A DNA stretch of 63,971 nucleotides, counting the filler, from Octopus bimaculoides (Eukaryota): NCBI RefSeq assembly GCF_001194135.2. It is 6 parts of 5 records of this genome, joined end to end, with 100 filler letters (N's around TTAATTAATTAA, not from the genome) between each part and the next. Parts side by side here need not be neighbours in the genome. Positions count along the whole stretch, not along the records: positions 28,133 to 44,691 come from NC_068986.1; positions 44,792 to 57,657 come from NC_068985.1; 4 more parts are not named here. The stretch is one strand, 5' to 3'. Within the stretch, counting starts at the first letter, position 1. Each line of letters opens with the position of its first letter. This document shows positions 40,757 through 52,450 of the stretch, one piece after another. Made by a program: the position numbers and the translations under genes. Below the pieces are notes generated by a model. It saw nothing but the letters and a program-made list of their open reading frames with translations. It was not told where the DNA came from and made no database searches.

Positions 40757-41400
40757 CGTTGGACAAAATAATGGAAACATCTAGCATCATAGCATCAGAA
40801 TTTTGAAATATCTATAAAACCATCAAAAGCTTGTTTATTTTTGGGTTTTTGATTTATTATTAGTGTTGCTTAATATGTTTTGCTAAAATTGTGTTTCTTT
40901 TCAAATATCATCAGAAAAAGGTAATTAAAATTCATTAAAATGACAAATCTATCGGACTTTCAAAGAGTTAAAATTGTTGGTGCTCGTATGACAGGTGCTA
41001 GCGTAACGAAAACAGCCGAAATGTTTGGTGTATCAAGAAGTACTGACTCGAAAGTAATGACAGCCTTTGCGAAAAAGGGAAGAACCTCCTTGTCGAAACA
41101 AAACTCCGGAAGAAAACCAAAACATTCAGATAGGGACCGTCGGATTCTTACGCGAATTGTTAGACAGGATCACAAGGGTACAGCTCCCAAAATTACTGCA
41201 GAGCTTAATGACCACCTCGAGAACCCAGTTTCCATAAAAACTGTTCGCCGGGAGCTACACAAAGTCGGATTTTACAGGAGGGCTGCAATCAGAAAACCAC
41301 TACTTTCAAAAACAAACGTTGCAAAGCATTTAGAGTGGAGTAAAAACCTACAGAATTGGTCCCTAGAAATATGTGTGTGTATGTTTTCGGATGACTACAG
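40753..41400 (+). mobile_element. Tc1-like transposon, 5' half (left TIR plus DNA-binding domain), truncated at the start of the DDE domain
   Basis: TA-CAGACGTTGGACAAAATAATGGAAACA is TIR-like. ORF 40940 reads MTNLSDFQRVKIVGARMTGASVTKTAEMFGVSRST...SGRKPKHSDRDRR...TVRRELHKVGF...RKPLLSKTNVAKHLEW, ending near FSD. Confidence 0.9.
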
Positions 41401-41557
41401 TTCCCTGTGCTTTGACTACAGCATTAGAGAATTTTAACTCATATATCTAGCAATGTAGGTGCTTCTAACGCCCTAGTCACACCCAGCGGCGCTTATAGTT
41501 TTCCTTCTTGGTGAAACGTTGCAAACTGCTGTCTACATTAATTTTCTGCATATTTAT

Positions 41558-41625
<68 letters not shown>

Positions 41626-41723
41626 AGAGAGAATTCACACAAAAAAAAAAAGAACAACAGACGAAGACAGGTGGTTTAGAAAACAAACAGATGTATAAGT
41701 ATAACGCTCGGGAATTGAAAAAG

Positions 41724-41759
41724 TTTTTAACGTTTCGAGCCTACGCTCTTCCACAGAAA
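41724..41759 (-). ncRNA. Hammerhead-like motif with a variant core
   Basis: The minus strand reads UUU-CUGUGGA-A-GAGC(GUAG)GCUC-GAAAC-GUU-AAAA. Stem II and the GAAACGUU end are canonical, but the core is CUGUGGA instead of CUGANGA. Confidence 0.45.
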
Positions 41760-41815
41760 GGAACACAGAAAGAAACAAGGTGAGAAAAAGAAAATGTGTA
41801 GTGGTTAGCGATCTA

Positions 41816-41878
<63 letters not shown>

Positions 41879-41883
41879 CATCC

Positions 41884-41947
<64 letters not shown>

Positions 41948-42270
41948 GTGTATGTGTGTGTGCGTGTGTGTGTATAGTTACGTACATATATACCTACACA
42001 TACATACATATATATACATACCAGCACATAAATTAGATGTACGCAAGGTACATCATTTTACGCTGTAAGTTATGTTCTTAATTCCAAGTTCCGTGAACGT
42101 TCATATAAGTTGATCGGATGTAAATTCATAAACCCCTGTTCTTTAGTTCAGGGACAATCAAGTAGAACCTCAAAGCTCTTCCAACCGCAATTATACCATC
42201 CACTGTTATATCAAAGATAACATTATTTAATATATCCTTCTCTATATAAATTCTTATGGTGTAATTCCAG

Positions 42271-42460
42271 AGGTTACGGGGACATAAACACACCAACATC
42301 GGATCGGTTGTCAAACGGGGACAAACACAGACACACAAACATACACACATATATATATACATATGCATATACATATATATATATATACGACGGGTTTCTT
42401 TCAGTTTCCGTCTGCCAAATCCACTCACAAGTCTTTGGTTGATCGGCACGAGGCTATAGT
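42271..42460 (-). mobile_element. SINE family A, central fragment
   Basis: TCTTTCAGTTTCCGTCTGCCAAATCCACTCACAAG with an internal TA/CA tract. Confidence 0.8.
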
Positions 42461-42603
42461 ATTGGTATTTCTAGCATTGCCGAGTTACTGTAAAGACCAG
42501 TGATTCTCAACCGGACAACCTGTGACCATTAGAGTTCATGTAATATGGTCTTGTTAAAATGTATGTGCAATAAATTGCATATAGGTTTCCAATACTCTCT
42601 TTA

Positions 42604-43098
42604 TACTCTTTTACTTGTTTCAGTTATTTGACTGCGGCCATGCTAGAGCACCGCCTTTTGTCGAGCAAATCGACCCTAGGACTTATTCTTTGTAAGCCTA
42701 GTACTTATTCTATAGGTCTTTTTTGCTGAACCGCTAGATCACGGGGACGTAAACACACCAGAATCGGTTGTCAAGCGATGTTGGGGGGACAAACACAGAC
42801 ACACACACAAACATACACATACACACACACACAGACGGATTCTTTCAGTTTCCGTCTGCCAAATCCACTCAAAAAGCTTTGGTCGGCCCGAGGCTATAGT
42901 AGAAGGCATTTGTCCAAGGTGCCATGCAGTGGGACTGAACCCAGAACCATGTGGTTGGTAAGCAAGCTACTTTATTTCATTTCGATTGGCTATTTAGGCC
43001 TTACATAGAGGGGACAAACAAGGACAGGCAGACATACATAAAGTAGCTGCGGGCTGGGCATAAACATTTATGACTTACCACACACTCACTCCTGTACC
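42604..43098 (-). mobile_element. SINE family A, full length, head interrupted by a 100 bp insert (42973-43072)
   Basis: The body runs 42604-42972 and the head resumes at 43073 (ACTTACCACACACTCACTCCTGTACC). ACTT is duplicated at 42969-42972 and 43073-43076. Confidence 0.85.
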
Positions 43099-43332
43099 AA
43101 ATATGTTAACAAATTCTTTATTGAATTCCTAATAATATTTCATTCTGAAAATATAAGTCTTTTATACATCTAATGTTTGCCAAGGAAAATAGGAATCGAA
43201 GGATCAATACAAAAAAAAAAAAATGGTTAACAAACACTAGTTTCGCATTTAGGCCCATATAAGGACATATAACTCTAGCTGTATGTGTATGATGTTTTAC
43301 TAAAGTAAATTGTGTGATTATACCTTAATGCA

Positions 43333-43712
43333 GAGGCGCAATGGCCCAGTGGTTAGGGCAGCAGACTTGCGGTTGTAGGATCACGGTTTTGATTCCCAGA
43401 CCGGGCGTTATGAGTGTTTATTGAGCGAAAACATCTAAAGTTTCACAAGGCTCCGGCAGGAGATGGTGGCGAACCCTGCTGTATTCTTTCACCACGACTT
43501 TCACTCTTTCTTCTTTTTGTTTCTCTCGTATTCTCCAGTATTTCAAAGGGCCAACCTTGTCACACTGTGTCACGCTGAAACTCCCTGAGAACTACGTTAA
43601 GTGTACACGTATCTGTGGAGTGCTCATCCACTTGCACGTTAATTTCAGGAGCAAGATGTTCCGTTGATCGGGTCAACTGGAACCCTCGACGTCGTAACGG
43701 ACGGAATGCCAC
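43333..43712 (+). mobile_element. tRNA-derived SINE, family C, full length
   Basis: A-box TGGCCCAGTGG, B-box-like GGTTTTGATTCCC, a distinct body, and the 3' end CCCTCGACGTCGTAACGGACGGAATGCC. Confidence 0.8.
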
Positions 43713-43741
43713 GATACCTTAGTGTATACTAAAATTGACAA

Positions 43742-43928
43742 GCTGACAAAATCGTTAATGCGTCGAACAAAATCGCTTAGCGGCATTGCTTCTGGCTTTC
43801 GCGTTTTATCGGTGGCGATAAAATAGAGTAACAGTCAAGTACTGGGAGGGTGGGGCAAAGGGCCAAAGTAATCGACTTACATCGTTGCCTCAGAATTACA
43901 GGTATAGTACTAAAATCAGAAAGAATAT
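43742..43928 (+). mobile_element. SINE family B, diverged
   Basis: GCTGACAAAATCGTTAATGCG...CTTAGCGGCATT...GATAAAATA...GTAATCGACTT. Confidence 0.55.
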
Positions 43929-44144
43929 CTTAGCGTATGTTCGTGCGTGTGTGAATTTTTTTTCGAATTCGTATAAAATTTGATAGGCATTTCAAGTATT
44001 CTTGCTTTTTCGAAGCCATACACTCTCACATTAGCGCGCACATTCACGTGTGTATGTGTATAATTACAAATACATACATGTTCATAAATACACACGTATG
44101 CATAGATATCTATGTAACACACACACACACACACACACACACAT

Positions 44145-44241
<97 letters not shown>

Positions 44242-44636
44242 CATACATATGGTACGAGTTATTTATAGTTAAAATTTTAGCCCCCCTAATTTCCAATTAT
44301 CTTACTTTAGTGATAATTAAAGCAAGAGAATAATCTTATTTATCATTCTTTTAATCTGATATTCCTTCCTGCATTATTTTGATTTTACACTTTATATCAT
44401 TTTATCGTATGTAATTTTAGCACACACATACACACCCTTACACACACACACACACATACACACGCACACACACACACACACTCACACACGAAATATATGC
44501 TTAAATGCATGTGAACGTATGTATATATATATATATATATAAATATATATACGCACATCAATATTTGTATTATATATATATATATATATAAACACATATG
44601 TATACACACACAAGTAAGAATTTAATGTATGTACAT

Positions 44637-44691
<55 letters not shown>

Positions 44692-44872
44692 NNNNNNNNN
44701 NNNNNNNNNNNNNNNNNNNNNNNNNNNNNNNNNNNTTAATTAATTAANNNNNNNNNNNNNNNNNNNNNNNNNNNNNNNNNNNNNNNNNNNNTATATATAT
44801 ATATATATACACACAGACAAACACACACACACACGCACTCATAAGTGTGTATACATATATGTATACATGTAT

Positions 44873-45040
44873 GTATGTTGTGTGGTAAATAGCTTGCTTA
44901 CCAACCACATGGTTCCGGGTTTACTCCCACTGCGTGGCACCTTAAGCAAGTGTCTTCTACTATGGCCTCGAGCCGACCAAAGTCTTGTGAGTGGATTTGG
45001 TAGACGGAAACTGAAAGAAGCCTGTCGTATATATGTATAT

Positions 45041-45131
<91 letters not shown>

Positions 45132-45357
45132 TGTTTGTGTGTCTGTTTGTCTCCCCAGCATCGCTTCACAACCGATGGTGGTGTGTTTATGTCCCCGTAA
45201 CTTAGCCGTTCGGCAAAAGAGACCGATAGAATAAGTACTAGGCTTCCAAAGAATAAAGTCCTGGGGGTCGATTTGCTCGACTAAAGGCGGTGCTTCAGCA
45301 TTGCCGCAGTCAAATGACTGAAACAAGTAAAAGAGTAAAAGAGTAAAAGAGTAAAAG
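44873..45357 (+). mobile_element. SINE family A, near full length, with internal (TA)n(TG)n and (GAGTAAAA)n tail
   Basis: Head, body, internal microsatellite and a repeated AAAAGAGT tail are all present. Confidence 0.92.
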
Positions 45358-45547
45358 NNNNNNNNNNNNNNNNNNNNNNNNNNNNNNNNNNNNNNNNNNN
45401 NNNNNNNNNNNNNNNNNNNNNNNNNNNNNNNNNNNNNNNNNNNNNNNNNNNNNNNNNNNNNNNNNNNNNNNNNNNNNNNNNNNNNNNNNNNNNNNNNNNN
45501 NNNNNNNNNNNNNNNNNNNNNNNNNNNNNNNNNNNNNNNNNNNNNNN

Positions 45548-45600
<53 letters not shown>

Positions 45601-46697
45601 AACACACACATACATGTATGTATACACATATATAGATGGTATTATAAATGTGAGATTAATACATGAAGTAACATTCACTGAAGAAAAAGGAGAATTAAAT
45701 AGAGTGTTAGAATCTAAATACATTATTTGAGGAGACTGTATGTGATGACTGTAACGTCGAAGTGTTGCGAGCTGCAGCCCACCAGTCACCTACACACACA
45801 CATACACAAGTACACACACAAATATATACACACATACGCACGCACACATACACAGACATACATACACACACGCACACACACACACATACACACACACACA
45901 CATATGTACATATATGTATATAAATCAAAGGTTGAAGAGAAAGAACGCGACAAGGAGAAAACACATAGGCGAAAATTCAACAAAAATACAACATATGGAA
46001 AACTAAACGATGAGATAACACATGGGAAACTAGACAAAAACGAGACACACGGACGAGTCGCAGCCGATTCCCGCGTCAGTCAATGTCCGGATTGTCCCTG
46101 CAGTTTAGCGCTTTTTAACACTGAGACCGCTCGATTCCGGCAAGCGTCAGAGTATTAAGTTTCTGGGAAAAGCAAATGAATGTACACAAGAACAGAAATA
46201 AGAGTAAGAAAGCTAAAAAATGCGTATACAATACAATGTGATGAAATAATAATACAAGTGCAACAGAGAAATATTTATACATATACAAAAGAAAAATGTC
46301 TTTCGGCTATACAATAAATGGACAATAATTGTACATTTACAACATAAATAACTAACATCTTTGGACTCTCAGATGAACGTACTAAGCTGGCGCAAAGGAG
46401 AAATGGAAAGTCTTACAGACTGAGCAGAAGACAGCCGAACGTTACCCGCCTCGACAGCGAGCGAAAGAGAGAGAGACATCAGGAGTGAAAAAACAGAGCA
46501 GCCTGGACTGTTGCTGGCCGAAAAAGAAAGTCAATGCCCTGGCTGGATACCGATCACGTGTTAGGAGAGGGAAAGGGTTGTAGAGGGAAGAGGGATTAAA
46601 GAATAAGAGGGAGTGATATAAAGAGGGCCTAAGGAAAAAATGAGAGGGAAAAGAAATCAGAGGGACTGAAGAAACGAGAGGGACGGAAAGAGAGAGA

Positions 46698-46734
<37 letters not shown>

Positions 46735-46744
46735 NNNNNNNNNN

Positions 46745-46790
<46 letters not shown>

Positions 46791-47022
46791 CAGCATGAGA
46801 AAATGAAGGTACAAGGGAAACAAGGGAGGAAGAAAAGCAGAGGGATTAAAGAATAAGAGTGAGGGGGAAAGAGGGACTAAGGAATAAGAAAGAGGGAAAA
46901 GGAAGTGAGAAGGACTGAAGAACAGGAGGTAGGGAAAGAAAGAGACACACAGAGAGAAATACTGTGTGTAGTTATAATCAGTCTGAAAGCAATGTCATAT
47001 TGGTGTGGAAAGCTTATTGATC

Positions 47023-47213
47023 TCTTTTACTCTTTTACTTGTTTCAGTCTTTTGACTGTGGCCATGCTGGAGCACCGCCTTTAGTCGAGCAAATCGACCC
47101 CAGGACTTATTCTTTGGAAGCCTAGTACTTATTCTATCGGTCCGTTTTGCCGAACCGCTAAGTTACGGGGACATAAACACACCAGCATCGGTTGTCAAGT
47201 GATGTTGGGTGGA

Positions 47214-47273
<60 letters not shown>

Positions 47274-47411
47274 CATATATACGACAGGCTTCTTTCAGTT
47301 TCCGTCTACCAAATCCACTCACAAGGCTTTGGTCGGCCCGAGGCTATAGTGGAAGACACTTGCCCAAGATGCCACGCAGTGGGACTGAACCCGGGACCAT
47401 GTGGTTGGTAA
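47023..47411 (-). mobile_element. SINE family A, near full length
   Basis: Reverse complement of 44873-45357 with high similarity. Confidence 0.92.
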
Positions 47412-47989
47412 TTCAATGTATATATACATATACATATAAATACATATGTGTGTGTGTGTATGTTTGCGTGTGTGCCTATGTATGTATATATGTATGTATG
47501 TATGTACGTGCGTATGTATGTATGTATGTATAAAAAGGAAAAGTGTGTTTTAGTCTTTGAAATGAACATTTAAGGGGGAAATGTTTAATCAGAGTACTGC
47601 AAGAATTAATAGTTCTCATAAACTCACCATAGTTAGAATGATTTAACTAAAGAACATTTTAGAAAATAAATTATTCAAACATCTACTTTTAAGAATATGC
47701 CCCGCATATGTAAGCCATAATATTACCAATTGGCCAAAGACATAAAATGAAACGAAACACTTCAGTCGTAGATGCTGGTGTTTGATGATGCAAAAATTGT
47801 TCTCATTATATTGTGGACATCTCCGGTAAAACTGATGGTTCTTGTGACCATTCTTAGTCAGGGCAGTCATGAAAAATTACTGGAATAAACAAATATATTC
47901 ACTAACTGTTAATGGAAGACAGAAATATGGGTGACGTTGACATTTTGACCGACGTTCAATAGGAATACTGCATTTAGATTGCTGTTGCT

Positions 47990-48400
47990 ACTATAAAACG
48001 TCGACCCAAGCAAGATGGGTATAAGCGACAGATTTTACTTAAAATAAAACGCATTTCTCTAGAAAACCGAAGTGCTAACTTTCAACTTAGGAATATAAGA
48101 ATTTGATATCGTCGGGTTGAACAAATTTCATTTTGTTAAATGGGTAGAAGTTTTAGTTTTTCTGCTCTGGCGATCGAAAATAGGTTCAACATTCTACAGA
48201 AGTCTTTCGCCTAAACTATTTATTTCCGACATTTAACTATTGTGATAATAATATCAAAGCCTAAGGTTGCTTGTCCGATTGTTTAGACAGTAGGCTTCTT
48301 GAACAGTACAACCAGTATGGTGATCTTCAAGAAAACTACATCTGTTGCTAAAGAATAATCAAGGAAGTCATAAAAACAGAACCGATATCGACTGCAAACT
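47990..48400 (+). mobile_element. Possible APE-endonuclease remnant of a LINE
   Basis: IAVAT..., FDIVGLNK and VGFL patches are in the order expected for the APE motifs (TxNVRTL, DIxGLxE, GVGFL). Very degenerate. Confidence 0.3.
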
Positions 48401-48544
48401 CCTCAGATTTAAATATATGGCAGTGAATCGACGTGAGTATTGAACAAAACATTTATAGAAAATTCTGTAAAATGTATTGATATGCAGCCACCCCACCAAA
48501 AATGCGAATAAATTCCAGATAATATTTTAAAATTCTTCGATCCA

Positions 48545-48918
48545 ATGCCTCAGTTCAAATTCCACTGAAGTCTACTTTGCCTTCAGGGGTTATAAAATAA
48601 GTACCAGTTGTGTACTAGGGTCGATGTAATCAACTCACCTCCTCCCACCAAATTATAGGCCTTGTCTCTATAATAAAAAGGATTATTGATAATTTCAGTA
48701 AACGTGGTGAGCTGGCAGAACCGTTGACACGCCGGGCAAACACTTAACGGCGTTTAGTCGGTCTTTACTTTCTGAGCTCAAATTCTGCTGATGTCGACTT
48801 TACATTTCAGTATTTCGAGGTTGATGATTAAATATCGGTTGAACACTGAAGTAGATGTAATCCACTTACCCGCTTTCTCGAAATTGCCGGTCTTGTGCCA
48901 AAATTTGAAATCATCATT
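48545..48918 (+). mobile_element. Two tandem SINE family B copies (3' part 48545-48687; near full 48703-48918)
   Basis: Both contain GTTCAAATTC...GACTTT...AAATAAGTACC or a variant. The second starts GTGGTGAGCTGGCAGAACCG. Confidence 0.8.
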
Positions 48919-50114
48919 GATAGTTTCAGTAATTGTGGTAGAGTAATTTATAGTTTTAGTGTTGAAACATACAATCATTTGAGAGTAAAAGCTGTCTTTT
49001 TATTCCCACATATTTTGAAAAGTGAGGGAAATTAAAGATGAACAGATAGAAAGTTTACTTATTAGCGACATCAGCTCTCTGACGACGAGCATTCCAGTTG
49101 TTCGATTAACTACTTTTAACGTAATCCCAGGCAGAAACAGAGTGATACAAAGTGGCATAATTTTGCTTGTTTGTTTTATATTTACTCCGTCCGACAGGCA
49201 TTCCTAAAATTTCACTGTATCTAGTTTTCCTGGAAACAACTGGGTAGGTCCAAGGTTACGTGAAAGGATATTTGCCTTAGAGACCACACATAGGGAACGA
49301 ACATTGAGCTTATGATTGTGAAATTTACATTTCAAACACAAGGTTATGTCTGCCTCAATATAGAACCATATATGAGCACTGAACAACACAGGCGCGCATG
49401 CGTGCGTGTGTGTGCGTGTGTATGCTTGTATGTAAACATACATATGTCTGTGTGTATACGCGCACATGTAGGTAAATATATATATATATATACATATCTG
49501 TGAATGAGCCTATATGTTTATGTGTGTATATGTATGTATATATGTGTGTGTGTTTGTATACCAATCATCAATCATCAACAAGACCATTAAGATTCCAGAC
49601 AAATGTCTGCAGTAGAAAGTCCTTGGAAAATATCTATGCTTGCCTCTAAGTCATTATAGTTTGGCAGCGGGTTAAGGAAACAAATAGATTGTAGCTCCAC
49701 CGTTTATCTAATCTCCAAATTAAAGCAAGCACAAGATTAACGAGACTCGATTGAGTTTACTAAAGTAATATGTTTGAAATTAAACACATGTATATCAATA
49801 CGCTTATGTATGCAAGATGGGAAATTTTGCAGCCCACAATACGAGGAAACATATATGTTCATATAAGAGACGCTACGTAGATCTATATACAATTAAAGAC
49901 GGAATTATGATAGTGTGCGAGTGAGTGTGTGTATGTGTGTGTGTGTGTGTGTGTGTGTAAGTACGTGTATGTGTGTATGTACGTGTGTGTGTATATACGT
50001 TGTGCGCGCGTGCCCATGCACATGGTGTATGTGTGGGTATGCATGTATGTCGGTACATATACATATATACATACACACACACATACACACACACAGAGGA
50101 TTTATACTTTTTAA

Positions 50115-50225
50115 AGACTAGTACTTATTCTATCAGTGTCTTTTGCCGAACCGGTAAATTACGGGGACGTGAACACAGCAACTCCCGTTGTCAAGTGGTG
50201 ATGGGGACACACGCACTCTGACACA
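50115..50225 (-). mobile_element. SINE family A, central fragment
   Basis: TAGTACTTATTCTATC...TTTTGCCGAACC...ACGGGGACGT. Confidence 0.75.
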
Positions 50226-50252
50226 AAGACACACATACATAGATATATAGAT

Positions 50253-50461
50253 CACCTCCGAGACATCCGACTCGGCAATGTTACCCCGGCTTTGCGCCAT
50301 TTCTGCTCTACTGGTCACTCTTTGCAACACCTGTCCGTGTTCGGATTGTCCTTTTGCACAGGGGCCATCCGGACTCCCGTTTACACCGTGAACAGGGATT
50401 AATCTTCTCTCTTCGCTCATTTGCGGCACATGGGCTCAACTATTCTCCCCTCTTCATCTAA
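50253..50461 (+). mobile_element. Penelope-like GIY-YIG endonuclease C-terminal fragment
   Basis: HLRDIRLGNVTPALRHFCSTGHSLQHLSVFGLSFCTG [frameshift] HPDSRLHREQGLIFSLRSFAAHGLN matches the PLE tail HxxDI...HF...HS...LxVxGL..C.G...R...EQxLIFxLxxxxPxGLN. Followed by a C-rich tract to ~50900. Confidence 0.75.
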
Positions 50462-51222
50462 CCACCTCCCCTCGCCTTTCTCCCCCTCACACCTACTTTC
50501 TCTCATCACCTCTCCTCTCTTGCTCCGACTCCTACTTTTCTGCACTCCTACTCTCCTTCTCTCTTCTCTTCACTCCTAACCACCTTCTTTTTCCCCATCA
50601 CCGTCACCCCTCTCTCATAACCCCACTCTAGCCCTACACATTCCAACCCACCTTCCCTATCCTTCCCATCCCACCCCACCTCATCCCTTACACCCACTCC
50701 CATATACACCACCTCTACCCCCACCCTCAGCCTAACTCACACCCCACCCTTGCTCTCCCCATTCTCGCCTCCCTACCTCCCAACACCATCACACCACACA
50801 TACCACTACACTATACACCACCATACCACACAACACATCACACCACGCACACACTAGCACTGACCACTTCCCAGCCCCACATCTCCACACCTACACGTAC
50901 ACACATACACACGTCAAGGTCACCAGCCCTCTTGCACACGCACATATATACTCTCTTATACACACACGCACGCGCACCTTCGTAAAAGGAAAATGGATTT
51001 TATTACCAATTTTTAAAGCCTACTTAATTTTCATCCACCCAATATATATGCATATACGTACATACATACATATGTACGTATATATATNNNNNNNNNNTGT
51101 TCCTGGTATTTAGCCGACGAGACCCACTCACTGCCTATGATTACATGACGTCATCCACGGTATTTACACAATTGTCGCTGGCTCCACCTCAAACATTCCT
51201 CAGTGTTCGTTAAGTATATAAT

Positions 51223-51455
51223 AAATGATAGAGACGGAAAACGGAGTATATGAGAAACAATGATCGTTTCCAACCATCCTACATCGAACGTCGCGAGTGA
51301 GATACAGTATAACTAGCTGTAGTGCATCTCTCTATCGCTTGCTTTTAATACAGCATGTATTAAAATCGAGCGAAACGACCGATGCAGGATGAGTGGAGAC
51401 CATCATTGTGAGCTTTTAAGTTTCTCGTATGTTCCATTTTCCGTCTCTATCATTT
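51223..51455. mobile_element. Palindromic MITE-like hairpin element
   Basis: AAATGATAGAGACGGAAAA...GAGAAAC...CCATCCTACATCG pairs with CGATGCAGGATG...GTTTCTC...TTTTCCGTCTCTATCATTT. Inner hairpin TTTTAATAC/GTATTAAAA. Confidence 0.7.
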
Positions 51456-51899
51456 GTTATATTTACACACACACACACACACACACACATTTATATATAT
51501 ATAGTGAATAGATAGACGTAATATATCCAGGCGGTTACCGTTCAAGCATTCAATTATAATGCAAGTTATGGATAAATGCCTCGAGTTATAATAATCACCT
51601 GGGATTGTGTGAGCTAAGCAATCCCAATGTATTTAATCCAAAGGGTAAATTCTGGGTTCATTTCACTGGATTATAAATAGTCTACCAAGCTTATATCCAT
51701 GACAATTACAACTAACATGGCGTTTAATATATTTGCTCCTTTATATATATATATATAATCATACATCATTTTAAAATTAAATCAGTCTACCGTACGTTTC
51801 TGCTGCATAGACGTGCATTTGGACCCAGTTTCATTCATCTAGTTAAATGTCTATGCAACTCAATTCAAAGTTTAACCTTAGGTGAATTACAAATTAAAG

Positions 51900-52450
51900 A
51901 GTTTCAGAGATATATGTGTACGATTACGGGTCACTAAATCATATATTATTTAGAGATAGGAGACCGAAGGAGGGAGTGCATCATCTCTGATCTTTGGCAG
52001 GGCATTCTCGATAGCTCTTCCATTAAGATCGTCTTCATTTAGATTGTGGATTAATGTTGGATTGTAACATTTCGAATGAACTTGCTTCAAAATGCGTGTG
52101 TGCTTGATTTTGGGATTTCTATCTCCCGAGCCATTTCTCGTACAGATTTCTGTGGGGATCGGTGGAGGGTTTCTATCAATTGTCTATCGTTTGCAGGACT
52201 GATTGCTGACCATGGTCTTCTAGAACACTCCTTACATACGTCATGCACATTTCCATCTGATTCAAACTTATGTCGGATGTGGGCAATGATGCTTCGCATT
52301 CGTTGATATTTGTGAAAATGTCTTCTAAGTTGCTTTTGCACTTCTACAATGTTTTCGTGCTGCCGAATGTACTTTATGGTAAATTTTGCTTCTTCAAAAC
52401 TTAGTCGTACTTCTGATATTATTAGGGTCGATCTGATCTGAGAAGAATTG
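51900..52450 (-). mobile_element. Tc1/mariner-superfamily transposase 5' remnant (DUF4817-like HTH)
   Basis: LSFEEAKFTIKY..HENIVEVQKQLRRHF...IRHKFESDGNVHDVCKECSRRP...SPQKSVREMAREIEIPKSS, then LNEDD and FSD remnants, as in Tc3-like transposases. Confidence 0.75.

Noticed and set aside
45727-46158. ORF tail [13 protein letters not shown]...CPDCPCSLALF
   Set aside because: The 5' half is microsatellite. The rest has no recognisable domain or splice support, and is probably a repeat UTR.
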